Assembly: GCA_050261755.1 (NCBI GenBank)
Contig: JBLNDP010000059.1
Span: forward strand, 2,802-66,801
Reading direction: 5' to 3'
DNA: 64,000 bases
From: Clostridia bacterium
GTDB taxonomy: Bacteria; Pseudomonadota; Gammaproteobacteria; Burkholderiales; SG8-39
Of the stretch, positions 63,297 to 64,000 are shown piece after piece (position 1 is the first letter of the stretch; each line of letters begins with the position of its first letter). The translations under genes and the position numbers were made by a program. The notes under the pieces were generated by a model. It made no database searches. It was not told the origin of the DNA and saw only the letters and a list, made by a program, of their open reading frames with translations.

Positions 63297-64000
63297 ATGC
63301 TGCGCCTGCTTCGCCTGCTCGGCGCCCGACGCCTCGCCCACCAGGGCGCCGGGCGGGCGCTCCTCGCCGTTTGCGGCATCGCCCTGGGCGTGGCGCTCGG
63401 CTACGGCGTGCAGCTCGTGAACGGCGCGGCGGTGGCCGACCTTGCGGCCTCGGTGCGCGAGCTCTCGGGCGGCGCGGATCTCGAGGTCCGCGGCGGGCGC
63501 AGCGGCTTCCCCGATGCTCTCTACACCGAGGCCGCGCATGTTCCCGGCGTGGAGGCGGTGGCGCCGGGGCTCGAGCTCGAAGCGGCGCTCGCCGGCACCC
63601 AGCGGCTGGTGCGCGTGCAAGGCGTCGACGTGCTGGGGCAGCCGGCGCTTCTTCCCGACCCGCGCTTGCGCGCCGAGCTGCTGGCCGGCGACAAGGCAGT
63701 CGTGTCTCAGGCGCTCTACGACCGGCTTGCCGGCGCGCCCCTGCGCCTCCTCGTGGCCGGCCGGATCGTCTCGCTCGACGTCGCGGGCGCCGCGCCGTTG
63801 AAGGGAGAAGTCGCGCTTCTCGACATCGCCACGGCGCAATGGCGGCTCGACCGCCTCGGAAGGCTGAATCGGCTCGATGTGCGGGTGGCGCGCGGCGAAA
63901 GCGTCGAGGCCGTGCGCGATCGCCTTGCGGCCCTTGCGCCGCCCGGCACGACCGTCTCGCGCGTCCAGGAGCTGGAGGAGGCGAGCGCGTACCCGTCGCG
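63297..64000 (+). CDS. ABC transporter permease, FtsX/MacB-like (N-terminal part; continues beyond the window)
   Basis: Absent from the ORF track (no stop within the window). Hand translation: MLRLLRLLGARRLAHQGAGRALLAVCGIALGVALGYGVQLVNGAAVADLAASVRELSGGADLEV..., i.e. TM1 followed by a periplasmic core domain. Confidence 0.6.
   Translation, partial: MLRLLRLLGARRLAHQGAGRALLAVCGIALGVALGYGVQLVNGAAVADLAASVRELSGGADLEVRGGRSGFPDALYTEAAHVPGVEAVAPGLELEAALAGTQRLVRVQGVDVLGQPALLPDPRLRAELLAGDKAVVSQALYDRLAGAPLRLLVAGRIVSLDVAGAAPLKGEVALLDIATAQWRLDRLGRLNRLDVRVARGESVEAVRDRLAALAPPGTTVSRVQELEEASAYPS

Overview
A densely coding, high-GC window (about two-thirds G+C by eye) from a Gram-negative chromosome. PagL, two Bug/TctC paralogues, GlnRS, LemA and Pqi/MCE genes suggest a proteobacterium, perhaps Burkholderiales-like; that is inference only. 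I call about 75 protein genes by reading the ORF-track translations for family motifs and by checking start codons and overlaps in the DNA. I saw no rRNA, tRNA, CRISPR array, transposase, integrase or phage genes. Clear housekeeping genes are ettA, aroQ, aroE and glnS. The rest is mostly accessory metabolism, transport and signalling. The many long Arg/Ala/Gly/Pro-rich ORFs antisense to these genes are high-GC artefacts.

Most system-like loci:
1. 28.4-38.5 kb: a GntR-linked operon with a membrane di-iron hydroxylase, an FAD oxidoreductase, two PhyH-type Fe/2OG dioxygenases and a divergent PanB-fold protein. It faces a complete Liv-type ABC importer, and AT-rich palindromes sit in both promoter gaps. 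I cannot assign it to a known pathway.
2. 54.5-61.4 kb: a co-directional LytS kinase / membrane protein / LytTR regulator / Hanks Ser/Thr kinase / Bug binding protein / glnS array. The Ser/Thr kinase can only be complete if translation starts at a non-canonical AUC.
3. 49.1-50.25 kb: a divergent pair with more A/T-ending codons, encoding a zinc-ribbon+PAS protein and a receiver-like protein that lacks the phospho-acceptor residues.

Other oddities:
- A metallophosphoesterase that seems to need a CUG start.
- An exact 23-nt hairpin repeat, present once in the aroQ leader and once inside an MFS gene.
- Two paralogous small secreted Cys-motif proteins.
- Two tandem mini zinc-ribbon ORFs, one below the ORF-track size cut-off.
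- A sigma-54-type promoter in front of a 48-aa membrane peptide.
- An SRAP peptidase translationally coupled to a sensor-less histidine kinase.
- A PLD-VTT fusion coupled to an EEP phosphatase.

All family assignments are by-eye motif recognition. No HMM or BLAST search was run.
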